In this document: piece after piece, positions 20,253-34,023 of the stretch
Layout: each line of letters opens with the position of its first letter
Numbering within the stretch: position 1 is the first letter of the stretch
DNA from: Chiloscyllium plagiosum
Lineage: Eukaryota
Assembly: GCF_004010195.1 (NCBI RefSeq)
Contig: NC_057749.1
Location: 16,246,524-16,310,523, forward strand
Direction: 5' to 3'
DNA: 64,000 bases
Translations under genes and position numbers: made by a program
Notes under the pieces: model-generated
Told to the model about the DNA's origin: nothing
Database searches by the model: none
The model's input: the letters and a program-made list of their open reading frames with translations, nothing else

Positions 20253-23200
20253 CTGCAGGTGGAGGTAAATCAGAACAAGATTGTGTCAGAATTTACCTTT
20301 AATCAGTCATTGCAACTTCTCCCCCTTGATTTTGTTCTTTCAGGGGATACTGATGCATCTCATGGTACTGTTTACGTTCAGGTCATCTTCTGGAACTCCA
20401 TTCTCCAGCCGTGAGACTAGATGGTAAACATGAGCAGACTATTTGGCTGCAGAAGCCTCACTGCCACCACCACACATATCCCAAGAGGGTCCACTGCAAA
20501 GGTCAGATGTGACAAGACTGATTGCACCCCTGCCCTCCCCCATCACCACCACCCCCACACCCCTCACCAGCCCCCCCACCCCGCCTTGGTTGAATTGCAC
20601 AGTCAGATGTAATTGACAAAACTTTAACATTCAGGACAAGAGTTGCAGGCTGACTTACATCCCCCAAACCCTAGTGGGATTCAATGCCTTTAGAAGGAGC
20701 AGGAGTTAGTAACTGTGTATGGGATATTAAAGCAGCGTGCACAGGCGATTAAAGCACTCTCACAGTCACACAATTGCATGGAAATATTTCAAAGGAGGCC
20801 AATATTTAACATTTGACCAACATCATCAAAATAATTTATCTGCTCTTTGTCATATTTCTGTTTGCAGGAACATGCTGTGTCTGAATTGATTCACATTTTT
20901 CCTGCGACAGTGACTACACTTCAACAAGTGGATTGTAAAAATGCTATATAAATGTTAATCTCTCTTCCTTTTTGTGTGCGTTTATAACTCACTCAGGTAA
21001 CACAACAGCAACATCAGTAAATGGGTCACAACTCAGAAAATTATTAATTTCAATTCCATAATCCGTTGAACTAGTCTAAATTCGAACACTTTATTGTATG
21101 AGATTTATCGCACTCTTCTGCAGGTATTGTATGTTCCATGTTCGACAGAGCTGGTCCAATTAGTGAGGTGATACAAGTTGTTAAGATATATCTACTATTC
21201 ATTTATGTACATGTAATTATTCAGTGCATAGACTGAGGCTATTATAGGTCACTGAAATATCACAAATTGCTTCAAGCTTTACCAGTTTGCACTAAATCCT
21301 TCACTTTTTTTTTGAAAATGTGTGGGAAAGATTATTGTTACTGTTGGCATCACCACAAGCTGAATACAGATGTAGAGATAGTCTTTTATTCTGTATTGAC
21401 CCCATTCCTGAGTCTATCCGCAAGTCAGTTTGTGTTCAAGTCAGAACACAATGCAGGACAACGTAAAGCAGCTGTTACAAAGTACAGGAAATGTGTGTAT
21501 GTCAGATCTTTAAAATTATTGTTCCCCATATCAGAGAGTGCTCAGAAGAATGAGTGTTGGTAAGTTGGGGAGCCCATGCATATCCCAATATGCTGCTACG
21601 ACAGATCATAAGGTTATGAGCCTGAATTTCACAGAATCTTACGGTGCAGCAGATTTTGCAGCCCATTGTGGCTGCATCAGTGTTTTGTTAGTTAGATCCA
21701 ATTGCTTCTGTTTCCTCTGCTCTTGCCTCTGTGGCATATCTGCCAGGCTTAGTATTTATAGGGACATAGGAACAGGGGGAAGATGGCAGCTCTTGTGGCA
21801 CGGTGGTAGTTCCCTTACCTCTGGACTAGAGATCCAAGTTCAAGTCCCATCTGCTCTAGAGGTGTATAATAACATCTTCGAGCAGTTGATTAGAAAATAT
21901 CTAGGAACAGGCCACTCTGTCTGTCGAGTCTGCCCTGCTGTTCAATACAATCACGGCTGATTGAACACTTTAATGCCTGTTACCCACCCAACCCCAAAAT
22001 CATATATGTCATTGGTAATCAGAAATGTATCAATCTCTACCTTAAACATAAGGACTGAGCTTCCACAGCCCTGTGGGGTCAAGAATTCCAAAGGTTCACA
22101 ACCCTCCAGGAAAAACAAGAATTCTCCTCATCTCAGACATTATCCAATTCCTTTCGAAAGTTACGGTTGAATTTGCTTCTATGACCTTTGCAGATGGTGG
22201 ATTCCAGATCACAATAATTCAATTTTGTCAATTATGTCAAATCTGTATCCTTTGGTTATGAACCCTCTTGCTAGAGAAAATATTATTTCAGATAACAGCA
22301 GGTAAAAAGGGGGAAAACCCATACAGTCTCCTCCTGCTTCCAGTTTGTATGCTCTTGTAATATTAAACAGCTCCTTAACCTTTTCTGCTGTGAACAATCC
22401 CAGCTTCCCAGGTCTGCTGAAGGACAGACGTCATTGGTACAATCTGGGAAATCTCCTCTGCATTGTCCTTTTGAGAGCCTGGTGCTCAGGACTGACTCAA
22501 CATTCCTACTACATGCATCCCAACCATCTCTCAGAATGTAACTATCAGCCAATAAGACCTTAAATTAAAAACATTGACCCTGTCAAGCCTCCACCCTCAG
22601 AATCCTGTATGTTTCAGTGGATTCACCCTTATTTCTTCTAGACTCTAATGAATAAAGGCCTAATCTGAACAGCTATTTCCAAAACATCAGCTCTTTCAAC
22701 ACAAGAATCAGCCTAGTTAATCTCTTTTGAACAGCCTTCAATGTCCACACATCCTTTCTTAAATATAGGGGACCAGAACTGTACCTAATCCTTCACGTGT
22801 GGTCCCAACACCCTGCACTGTTGTAATAAGAATTCCTTATTTTTAAACTCCAAGCTCCTAGCATTAAAGGCCAAAATGCCATTCTTAATTTCTTGCTATT
22901 TTCCATGTTTCATGCACGGGGACTGCCACGCTGCGCAAATTTTGAGTCTCTCTCCCATTTAAACAAAAGCTTATCTTTTGATTCGTCCTGCTAAAGTGCA
23001 TGACCTCACAGTTTACTAAATGGAACTCATCCTCCAAGTCTTTGACCACTCCTTTAATCCTACCCCTATCTACAACCCTGCTTGTCCAATCCACCTGTCC
23101 CTCGGGAACAGCTCTCTCTCACCTGTACCGGCCCCGATAAGCCATGAATTGAAACCCATTTCTCCCACACCAATATCTGAGCAGTAAGTGAATTGTGACA

Positions 23201-23427
23201 AGTTGAATTTTGTTTGTGACTGCTGCTATTTGTGAGGATAACTGTTCTGTAATTTTTTAAAACAAATTTCATAAATAATGTATTTGCGACAGAAGGATGT
23301 TATCATTGACGAAGGACTTCAGTGCTGTGGAGAGATTAGAGGAGCTGGGATGATTCTCCTTAGAGCAAGGAAGTGTAAGGGAAAGCCCCTTTGAGGTAGT
23401 GCTCACATTGATATCCCTATTGCTTAC

Positions 23428-25282
23428 ACTGAAGCAGTTGAGAAGGTCATTTTTAAGGGCTCTGTCAGTCTCTTCCTTTAAGTAGCTGTCAATAGTCTGT
23501 AAAATACTGATGGAAGCATTGGGATTGAAGGCTTCCCAGAAAGAATCATTGTCCATTAAGCTGGAGAGAAGAATGGCCTCACTCAAAACCTCTTGTACTT
23601 CCTTCTCCCTATGATTGAGGCTGGATAAGTCCAGGATGTAGTTGAAGACTTGGAGAATATAGTTGGCGTTGGAAATCCAGCTGAAGGCCTGGTCATCACA
23701 CTGGTTGAGACGATCGAGGAGGTCAGTCAGGAAAGCGGTTGGATTTTGACACAGCTGAGTTGTGTTGAGGTTCAAGGCTATTGGAAGTTTGTCGAGCCAG
23801 TGGCCTACAAAACACTCCTCATCTTGTGGTTCTTTGGAGGCCACACAGTAATTTAAGACCCAAGGGTGCAGCTGTGACATTATGTCATAAAGAGTGGCAT
23901 TCTGGCAAATTATTTGCTTTAAACCTTCGCTGTCCTGGGCTTTACAACTTGCTAGAAGGCTGCCATTGATCAACATCTCGTATGACCATGTCTTGTAATC
24001 ACATTTTAATGGAAGGCTTTCAACAGGTAAAGAATTCAGTGCTCTCTTCAATTCATCAAAAAGGTTGCAAAAACGAATCAACCAGGACACGGTCCACTCA
24101 ACTTTCAAAGATGTTCCATTGGCACAGATATCGTGGATGAGAGTTGTTCCCCTCATTAAGGTGCACTCCTGCAAATCGATGATGGTGGCATTTGGAACTT
24201 TAAACCCTCGGTGACACTTGCTGGTTGAAAGCTGCAGGCCCTCTAAGCTCCTGATGGTGTGCGCACAGACGAGGCTGCTCCAGGCACCAGCTCCTGACAG
24301 ATCCTTCAGGAACGTCCTGTTGAAGCAGAGCTCCCTGATATACTCAACACCCAGGTGAAGGATGCACTCCTGAATCAAAGTCTTTTCTATACTGGAATTC
24401 TGAAATATATAGTGACATTCGCTATTGACAATGTTTATTTCTTCAGAGTTAGTAGTGAGCCATGAACAGACTGGGATAATCCAGGGCTCAACCACACTGA
24501 GATTCTTCAAGGATCTCATTTGGGAGCAAAGGTAGTTGACAAAATCAGTCCCACTCTGATCACCCATGATTAAAGAGATGGCTTCCATTTTCAGTCCATT
24601 TCGCTGTCTGCAAAGATTCATGATCAGCCTCTTGTCACCAACCACACTGGTCAGGAAAGTGTCATTCGAACAAAGTCTGTGGATATAATCTGCACCTTTG
24701 GCCAGCAGACAGGCCTGGATCTCCTCTGAGCTTACACTCACTCTGGTTGACAATCTGCCGCAATTCCTGGCAGAGGTGCCATGTTTCCTTGACCCGCTCT
24801 GCAGCCTGGCACAGAGCTGGTTGAAGTCTTGCCGGCTCAACAGGGAGACGTTGCTGCAGACAGTGGAGTTGAACTCCGAGGTGTAAAACTGGCGGCAGAC
24901 CTGAACCCAGTAAAGATCCTCCTGAACTGCGGAGAAGTACCAGGCAGCATCTGAGCAGGCAGCCCGGAGGTCTGGTGGGGCCTGGCTTACGGCTGTGGTC
25001 TGGTTGAAGAGGTTGCAGTAGAGATAGATGGTGAAGTTGGAGATCCCTGGGAGTCTGGGCATGGAGTCGTTACAGGCAGCCTCCAAAGTTCCGGTGTAAG
25101 GAAAGTCATGGTCACCTTTAACAGTTTCCCCAGATCGTTTGGACACTGTATGGGAATTTCTTCGCATGTCTCGGACTTTGTCACTCAGGCGGCTACAGGC
25201 TAAAAAAGGTGTCTCGGTCAAAACTCCTTGAGAGCTGAATCCCAGTATCGGAATATTCCAGGAGATGTTATTTCTGATCCCC
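23428..25282 (-). CDS. STRC: Stereocilin exon 4 (1855 nt, Cys-rich, many N-x-S/T sites)
   Basis: Core of the 679-aa ORF 23269-25308; starts (W)GIRNNISWN after tgcag, ends LLNCFS|gtaagc. Confidence 0.92.
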
Positions 25283-25384
25283 CTGCATTTGAAACAAAAC
25301 AAAAACAAGCTAGGATCTAGGTCCTAACACTCCAAGAGGAACACACTGGGGCATTTTTACAATGGGTTCATCTATGGGTCAGCA

Positions 25385-25875
25385 TCAGGTCACCCTGTTA
25401 CAGGAAGAATGTTATTAAGCTGGAGAGGGTTCAGAAGAGATTTACCAGGATGTTGCCAATTTGAAAGGTTTGAGTTATAAAGAAAGGCTGGATTGGCTTG
25501 GACTTTTTTCACTGGAGCGTAAGAGGTCGAGAGGTGACCTTATCGAAGTTTATTAAATAGTGAGGGGTATGAATAGGGTTAATGGTAGTTGTCTGTTCCC
25601 TAGGACGGGGGAATTTCTGGACAATGGGACTAATTTTTAAGCTGAGAGGAGAAATATTTTAAAAAGACATGAGGGGCAAACGTTTTACACAGAGGGTGGT
25701 TCCCATGTGAAATTAACTTCCTGAGGAAGTGGTGGATGTGGGCACAACTATGTTTAAAAGATACAGGAAAGGTTTGGAGGCGTATGAGCCAGGAGCAGGC
25801 AGGTGGGGTTAGTTTAGTTTGGGGTTATGTTTGGTATGGATTGGTTGGGTTTGCTTCTACACTGTATGACTCTAT
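25385..25875 (+). mobile_element. CR1 LINE 3' end (similar 3' fragments at about 1780-2290 +, 15410-15770 +, 22560-23070 -, 32040-32830 +)
   Basis: GGAGAGGGTTCAGAAGAGATTTACCAGGATGTTGCC motif and TATGACTCTATGA tail. Confidence 0.8.
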
Positions 25876-26916
25876 GAAAGAATGGAAGGTGTGAATGGTG
25901 TGGCCACAATGGAAATAGAGGAATACAAGAACAAAATGAACACTCTACTGGTCATTAATATTCACAAGCAAATGTTAATGGAAGAAGAACAACAAATCTT
26001 CCAGGACATTGGCAAATATAGATATTTAGCAACTCCAAGCTTAAAATACCAACCAAAAAAATCTACTAAATCTCAACACACAAGCAATCACAAATTGGCA
26101 TTGGATCCAGGCCAAATGAGCAGTTGATCTGCTCATGGAGTTTACTTACTTCTTCTGAGCCACTGGTTGAGGCTGCGAGTCAACACACCCTGAAATCATT
26201 TCCTAGCCAGGGACAGGAATATTTTATTGAAACTTGGTGTTTTCTCCAGTCAGCCTGTGAAAGGCTGATGTCTGACTGAACTGCTACCACCTTTTTCTCT
26301 TTGTTCTTTTGTGGGTTGTGGGTGTCCCTGACATTTGTTGTTCATCCCTAATTGCAGTTGAACTTGAGTAGTTATTTCAGAGGGCAATTAAAGAGTCAAC
26401 TACATTGCTGTGGGTCTGGAGACCCATGTAGGCCAGACCACATACAGACAGCAGATTTCCTTCCCTGAAGGTCATTACTGGAGGTAATGCAACAACCTTC
26501 ATTTAATGAAACATCCCAAGGCTTTTTGCCCCAAGAAATGTGGGGGTCACTGTGGGGAAGGTGTGTGGAGCTGCTAAGGAAGGCAGGTTTCAAGGAGGTT
26601 CTTGAAGGCATGAGTGGTTACAGATAGAATCAGAGACTGCAAGGGCTATTGAATGTAACAGGGTTCGTGACTGATAGTGAAGCAGAGATATATGATTGTG
26701 GCCATATAACCCATCAGGTCTGGAATAAAGAGTGAGATCCTTGTGGTTTGCCATTTTATGTTTCAAACTTCTCACTTCAGTGAATCCCATGTTTCTATCT
26801 TCAGATTCAGAGTTGCTGTGGAACATTTAAGTATGTTACAGGTAGCTGGAGAACTTTCAGGTCAGGTTTGTGCGGTTGTTTTAAAATACTAAACAGAGCG
26901 TAAGAAGAAACCTTAC

Positions 26917-26941
26917 CATAAAAGAAGCTGTCTTAGATCTC
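26917..26941 (-). CDS. STRC: Stereocilin exon 3, 25-nt micro-exon (GDLRQLLLW)
   Basis: tttacag|GAGATCTAAGACAGCTTCTTTTATG|gtaagg; bridges phase 1 (exon 2) to phase 2 (exon 4) exactly. Confidence 0.88.
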
Positions 26942-27289
26942 CTGTAAAGGAAGCAAGAAATTTGAAGCTTTAGTTGCAGTGCTTGTCCAGATCATGAAAT
27001 ATTCAAATGTACAATGGCTAAGATTTTTTTGAAACCTCACATTTGGATATAGGGAGAACATCAGAGCAAAGGAGACAACAAGGACTCCCTTGAATTGTAC
27101 TGGGAATGAGAAATTACAGTTACAAAGCGCAGATCAAAACGGTGGGGTCAGAAAGGTGGGATTGAGTTGAGGTTACTCGCGATCAGAGAAGCCAAACAAT
27201 AATAAACTATTCCTACTATTAAGTGAACCAGCGGCAAGGAGACATAAATTTAGGAAAATTAGAGCCTGCCTCTAATCCAGACCAATACT

Positions 27290-27550
27290 CACAACACAGT
27301 ATGAGGGAGTTAGGCAATGCCAGAGGTGCTATCTTTCAAATGGGCATAACACGGAGGACCTGACTCAGTGGATATAGAACACTCAATGACGTTACTACAA
27401 AAAGCAAGAGAGCTTTCCCCAGTGCTTGGGCCTAAATTTATCATTCAAGCAGCGCCACAAAAACAGATTATTTTTCCCACATTTATGGGATCTTGCTGTG
27501 TGGAAACTGGCTGACATGCTTCCTCTATTACAACAGTGTGGGTATTTAAA
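27290..27550 (+). mobile_element. Deu-domain SINE remnant (related remnants at about 8540-8780, 18570-18680, 19857-20110)
   Basis: TGAGGGAGT...AGAGGTGCT.TCTTTCA and TGGGATCTTGCTGTG motifs typical of the DeuSINE core. Confidence 0.6.
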
Positions 27551-27897
27551 CTTTAAAACGGAAAGTGGAGAAACTCAGTAGATTTGGCAGCATCTGTGGA
27601 GAGAGAAAAAAGGTTGACGTTTTAGGGCCCTTCATCAAAACTACTTTTCTGAATCACAGGTTGAAATGGTCATGAGAGATGATTGACAGATACAGGTCCT
27701 TCTTTCATCAGTGAAGGGATGAGGAAAGTTAGAGAAATGTTTCTGAATATTAGGACACAGAATATTTTTTCACAAGGGACTATTGAGGCAAGGAGTGAGT
27801 TGTCGAGAAAGGGAACTGGAGACAGAATAACAGAATATGCTCAGAGCTGACTGTGTGCATTCTATGACAACACCAGTTCTGCTGACATGTCACTCAC

Positions 27898-28977
27898 CGA
27901 CAGAACATTTCCCATCATGGTCTGCTCGAGGCATTCCAATAACAGACGTGACTTCCTGTGCCAGAGAACCTGTCATTCGTGACACTTGCCTTTTAAAGTT
28001 CGTGTAGACGGATGTCCCGACCTTTTGTAAAATGTTCTGTTTGAGTTCTTCCAGGCCATCCCACAGGACGTCCTCACTCCACATCGATTGTGATTGATTG
28101 GCTGAAAGTAGCCCTTCTGACCCACTCCTCCTGCCACTGGGCTTGGAAAGAATCTGAAGGAGACTGTGCATGCTGTTGACACTCTGTGCTGAGTTTAAGC
28201 TTTGTGGGCCAGGAGTCTTACTGCTCCCGGTCTCTGGAGACCTGTTCCATCTTTCAGTCCTATGTGGTGGACCATGGGACTGGAGGTTGACTACTGGCTT
28301 CCAGTTGGTCAGGTCAAGTAAATTGCCTAGACTTTTGAGCCACTCCATTTCAATGGCACAGTCACCCTGTCCCATTAGTGAACACATTAGCTCCTGAATG
28401 CCAGCACTGGCTTGTTCATAAGTCCCATTTAATAATGTTTGGAAAACTGTCTCAATCAGACCAATAAGGCTCTCCCAGTTCTGCTTTTGGAAAAGCCAAC
28501 TGAAAAGGTGATGCTCTGTGATAAAATCCAAGATAATTTGCAGGAACTCGATGAGACTGTCCAGGTCCCTGCTGGCCCTCAATGACACGAAGAGGTCCTT
28601 CAGTTCCAGCAAGGCCCTGGGTGGAGGGTCAACCTCCAGCTCGCCAAGGTCAAGACCATTCAACATGACGTTTTCATCTGCTGGATCTTGGAGATTGTTG
28701 TTTTGCAAGTATAACGAGATGTTATACAGAAATGCAGAGAATCTCTTTCTATCCAGCGTACGTTTGGTAGGGAAAGCAGGCAGATTATTTTGACGTAAAG
28801 TGCTCAAGGTTCTGAAACCTCCAATCAGTCTGGAGATGACAGCATGGATGTTTTGGGAACTTTTGATACCAGCTCTCCCATGGACAGCGATCGATTCCAT
28901 TCTCCCTTCCGTATTTCCTCCTCCTAATAAACGTGTGAGATCCTTTAACACTTCCACGTACAAGTTCATCTTGTTAC
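27898..28977 (-). CDS. STRC: Stereocilin exon 2 (1080 nt)
   Basis: Core of ORF 27890-28999; ttgcag acceptor, G|gtgag donor; contains RFSAFLYNISLYLQ and ends HDGKCSV; phase 1-1. Confidence 0.9.
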
Positions 28978-29373
28978 CTGCAAGTTTAAAGTTCAACATT
29001 CAGCAGCGAACACTTAGTGAAAAACAAAGTGAACATTTCGTCCCACTTTCAACTTCCAATTGGTCATCCTTAACTTGACAAAGTAGCCCAATCTTCAAAG
29101 GACAATTCAATACTCGACATGATTATAACTGTCCCACTCCAGTTTTACCACCTTCTGTTTTCTGAATGATGATCCCATTAGGGACCACTAACAGTTAAAC
29201 AGAGCTGCGCCACAAAATTTCACTTGTTTAAAAACAAAATACACACTTGTGTACAACATGAGAACATATACAAACATATAAGAACACATGTACATTGTTA
29301 TTTCAAATCCCAACAGCCTGTATATATTGTACTTTGCTGGATCAGGTTAAGTCATTGAGTCACAAACTCTTAC

Positions 29374-29434
29374 CTGTACTGGGTGGGCTCACCAGCAACA
29401 TAAAGGCGACTACAAGGGACAATATAGCTGCCAT
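29374..29434 (-). CDS. STRC: Stereocilin exon 1 (start codon, signal peptide MAAILSLVVAFMLLVSPPST)
   Basis: ATG at 29434, hydrophobic 20-aa leader, G|gtaag donor; phase 1 matches the exon 2 acceptor. Confidence 0.8.
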
Positions 29435-32400
29435 TGTTCCTCCTATCCCCATTCCAGGGGGATTCTGCCCTCAATCCACAGGTTTCACATCATCCCAGCT
29501 CCGATCTTGATCTTTCAGCTGTGTCCTTCTGTTCGGCAGCTGCAGAGAAACAGTATACCTACTTAATGATCTAGGGTTGTCATACTAGATGCATGCACAC
29601 TCAGGTGCAGGACAACACGTTAAATAAAGCACTTCAAGCCAAAATAATCAGGACTGATGATTTTATTTGGGATGAATTGCCTAAGAAACAGAGGCTCTGT
29701 TGAGTGAGCCTCTTGCTAAATTCTGGGATCGTTCCAATGGATTGGAATGAAAGGGCTTCTGAAGGTGCCAACATTCAAAATGGGAAATGAGCCTGAACAG
29801 GGTTTCAGTCGCAGATGAGATATTGTCAGAAGGGATTTCGGCATAAATTGGCTGGCAGTGAGTCAGTAACCTGTGTTCCATCTCTCCTGTTAAGTTACAG
29901 ATAAATAAACATTTGGAGAGGTTTGAAAAAAAAGCTGCCAACTCAGCTTTGCTGATTCACCCTATCACGCACAGCCTCACTTGAACCCACTTTAATGGAG
30001 AAGGGAATATTGGAGATTCTTAACATGGCATTTGGGAAGGAAGGTCAATGACTGCAGCGGATGAATTGTTGAGGAATGTGTTTCATCAGTAGAGATAGAT
30101 AGCCCACTTGATATTGTAGGAATGACACCCTCTGATACACATACAGCCAGCCTAAACAAGACCTGGTAATGCTCATAGACTGAAATTGGAACTAGCACCT
30201 CAAAACTCAATAAGTTATGACAAAGGTTCACTACGCTGAAACAACGATCAATATTTCCAGCATTTTACCTCAAAGGTGAGCCTGACTTCATAACACAACA
30301 GTCAGGTTACTCACGCTGGAAAGCCTGAAGTGTTACACAGCACGAAAAAAAACAGATAACACATGTTGAATTAACATGGATATGACAAAACATTAGCATT
30401 AACATAACTAGGTGGTCTGTACTTACAGTCTCTTTTCTTACATTCATCAAAGTAGGGCAGCCTTGAATATTAAAACACAGAATGTCCTACATCATCCCTG
30501 AAAGCTTCAGTGAAAACTCATGGTTTCCCCTATGATCAAAGGGTTGTCTCTGAATCTCATATTGAGGGGAGCCCACAACTCCTTTTGGATTAGGTTGCTT
30601 CAGCTCAGGTCAGACTTCACACATCCACTTTCAGGGGACACAATGAGACACAATTACTGTCAGCAACATTTAAATTGAATTGTTCTTTTCTCGCTGTTCA
30701 ATTTATCCTTACTTCTTTCCTTGGAGGTGCTGTCTCCACACTAAAGTGTCTTCTGGCATGTTGTTTTCAACTCGATCATCAAGCATGGACTGGCCGAGGT
30801 GCATCACTGAGCTTTTCGATCAAGTGGTGCATTATAGTCAAGTGTCACTTGCCTTGCTCAGTGTGTGAATTCACCAGGAAGTATAGTGAGCAGGAGCGAT
30901 TTTCTCTTCCAACTACTGTTAATCCAAGAACATTGAGGAGTGATTTGCACAGAGTGAGAGAGGAGATTATTGATCGACTTTTCATCCGAAAAAGAGTAAA
31001 ATCCAAACTCAGAGACATGTCATTCATGACAGTGATTGTGGTTAATCAATGCAGCCAGTCCCATTGTTGGGATTTAAAAATACAATTTTAAATTTAGACC
31101 TCACACCAAATCATTCCCTTGAGATTTTCAGTCTGTGAACATTTGACTAAAAGGCCCCTCAAGCTTCATCATTTTATAATCCCAGACTTCTAGGTACAAG
31201 GCACAATGCAGTGAATTATCCCTGGATCAATAATGCAAAAGGAACTAGTCAACGTACAAGGCTACCTGGCTCCAGTAACAACAGATGAGGAATCTAAAAC
31301 CCAACTTATTCATTATCCAATTCAATGAATGTAACTAAGCTACGATGGCAACTCGTCTTGCTGACTTCAAAACAGATAATGGCAAATTGACATTCCTGTC
31401 TGCCAAAAAACAACTTTTGGGTAGATAAATGGAGAAAGAAAACCTGGTTATTAACCAAAATAATTTTATATTATCAGAAACTTCCTGCTTCTTCAAAAGA
31501 GTTTAGTGTGTTAGCATCCTTGTTTTAAACTTGGGGGTGTCACTGAAACGGCCATCATTTGCTGCCCTTGAGGGGGTGGTGATGATGAATTACTTTCTTG
31601 ACTTGTTGTAGCCCCAGAGATGCAGGTGCACCCATGGTACTATTAAAGGAGAGAGCTCCAAGATGTTGCTTCAGTGACAATGAAGTGGCTGGTATCTATG
31701 CAAGTCAGGACAGTGTAAATAACTAGGGGTATTGCATACAATTTTGGTCCCCTTACATAGGGTGTGGGAGGGGTGTGTGTGTGGGGGGAGAAGTGGGCTT
31801 CACTGTCACCTACACCTGCCCCAACCAAAGTTGAAGTTGCTGCTATTCAGGCACCAATTTTCACCACTGGGCAATTTTTCCCCACCATTATTGGACTCAC
31901 CAACAGAGTTGCATCTCTCACTACTAACCCCCTCCTTGATGCCACCATGATGTCCTTCCAGCACTGCTTTTTTGCTACCAGCACCAGAAATACCACATAA
32001 CAGTCACTGATCCTCAGGTTTAATTCAAACACAAGATGCTAAAGGCAATTGACAAAGTAGATGTAGAGGTGGTTTTCTCACGTGGGAGATAGTAGGAGTC
32101 ATAGCTTTATGATAAGGGGTAGCAGATTTAAAGCAGAGATGAGGAGAAATTAATTTTCTCAAAAGGTCATGAATCTGTGGAATTCACTCCCACAGTGTGG
32201 TGGATGCTGGGACATTGAGTAAATTTAAGAGAGAGACAGATTTTTAAATTAGTAACCAAGTCCAAGATGACAGCAGAGTAAGGCTGCTGTGCCAGAGTTC
32301 ATCACTTCAATTAATTTTCTTCTGTCCTTTTAGGTTTTTTTTTCTGTTTCTCTACTGGAGGGAGCTTAGTCATTGAGCCAGCAAAAGCAGGTGACACAGA

Positions 32401-34023
32401 GCAGGACTCTGGCAGTCAGTGGCATAATGGAAGTGGTTGGGGAGGCCACAGCAGCACTAGAGCTGAACTCTGGCAGCTGTGGTGAAGCAGATGGTGAGAC
32501 AGTAGCACAGAGCAGAGTGATCAAGAGATTGAGCCGAGTGTGGAGCCCATGGCTAAAAGACTAATTTACTACTTTACATCAAACTTTTAACAGATGTATT
32601 TTTCTAATTTTTACCAAAGATTTTGTAGCTGTCCTAAGATGGTGCTGTGAATGACATTGCAACCTTTTCACTATATCCCTGTACTTGAGTGTGTGACAAT
32701 AATTTGAATTCTAGCAATGTGTTGAAGGGTTAAGAGTATGTAGGAAAGAGAAGACCAACCATCGTCATATCAAATGGCAGAGCAGGCTTTGGAGTTAAAT
32801 TGCCAACTCCTGCACCTAGTTCATACATTGTTACTCAGTTTAGCAACATAACAGTTGCATTGTTACCAACACCAAGAAAATTTGGCTGATTGCTTTGGGG
32901 CAGGGTTTAAATAAACTTGCATTCACAAGACATGAAGGAAGATATCATTGGATGGGCTTTGCCTCTCTGCCTCAGTCAGATACATTACAGCTTTCTATGC
33001 TGCTGCCAACAAGATTGAATTCCAATCTCTGATTAAAAATGTGGATTTTAAAAAGGAAATACACAGCTAACTGAAAGGAGACACACACACACCAGTATGC
33101 CACAAAACAGCTTTAATCGATTCACATTACAGCTCAAAGAAGGAAAACTAAACAAGATCTGGGTGCTTTTCACTTACATTACCGAGATCAGATGGCTTTG
33201 GATAATGATATGCTGAAAAGCTGTCAGCTGCAGACATTGCCAAATGATTACTCTCAAAGAAGCAAGCTTTTAACTTGTCCCAGATGACCATTAAACAGCA
33301 GCAATTAAGTTGGCTAAATATTTAAGACACCCTTTAAATCTTTGTTAAAAACTGTTCCTTTTATCTTACATTTATAATATATCAATATCTAAACTAACAT
33401 ATGCTCCTTTACCTCTCTATGATCAACAATGAGCAACATTTTACAACCATTTAGAAATTAGAATGGAAGTTTGGAATCTTGTTGGGCTAACAATAATGGG
33501 GCTGTCTATAGGGAACAGATTTACTGGTAGGGAGAAACAGAGACTCAATGTCACATGAAGCATGCTGTGAGCAGTGGGAGTGTTAGTTTGGGCAACAGTG
33601 GAACGTAGAAAACCAGAGTACACCCATCACACATTAGAGTTGCAGGATGTCTGTAAGGTGTTTCCTTCGGAGTTGGAGACTTTTGCCCTAATAAAATGAG
33701 CATTGATAAGAGTTCGAAATGACTGCTTAAACAGCTGCGCCTTGATCAAGTGGATTGTATATTTGGGCCCAACTCTTTTGTATCTGACTGCTAAAATCCA
33801 ACCGAGAAGATTAACCGAATAAAACTATTGGAAGTTAAGAGGATTAACTCCATGGTAGTTCATCAGAAAACCATGTATTGAAAAGCACATATGAAGATGA
33901 ATCAACAATTAAAAAATAAATTTACATCAAACAAAATGTATTAGACAATAATCCAGACTCTGTTGTGCAACACCTCTATCTAGCCAAGCTGCTCCAATAC
34001 TATTAAATCAATTTTTCTTTGAG

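Noticed and set aside
30675-31091. 138-aa ORF between STRC and PRC1
   Set aside because: No recognisable domain and a non-ATG start; probably chance or an ancient repeat remnant.
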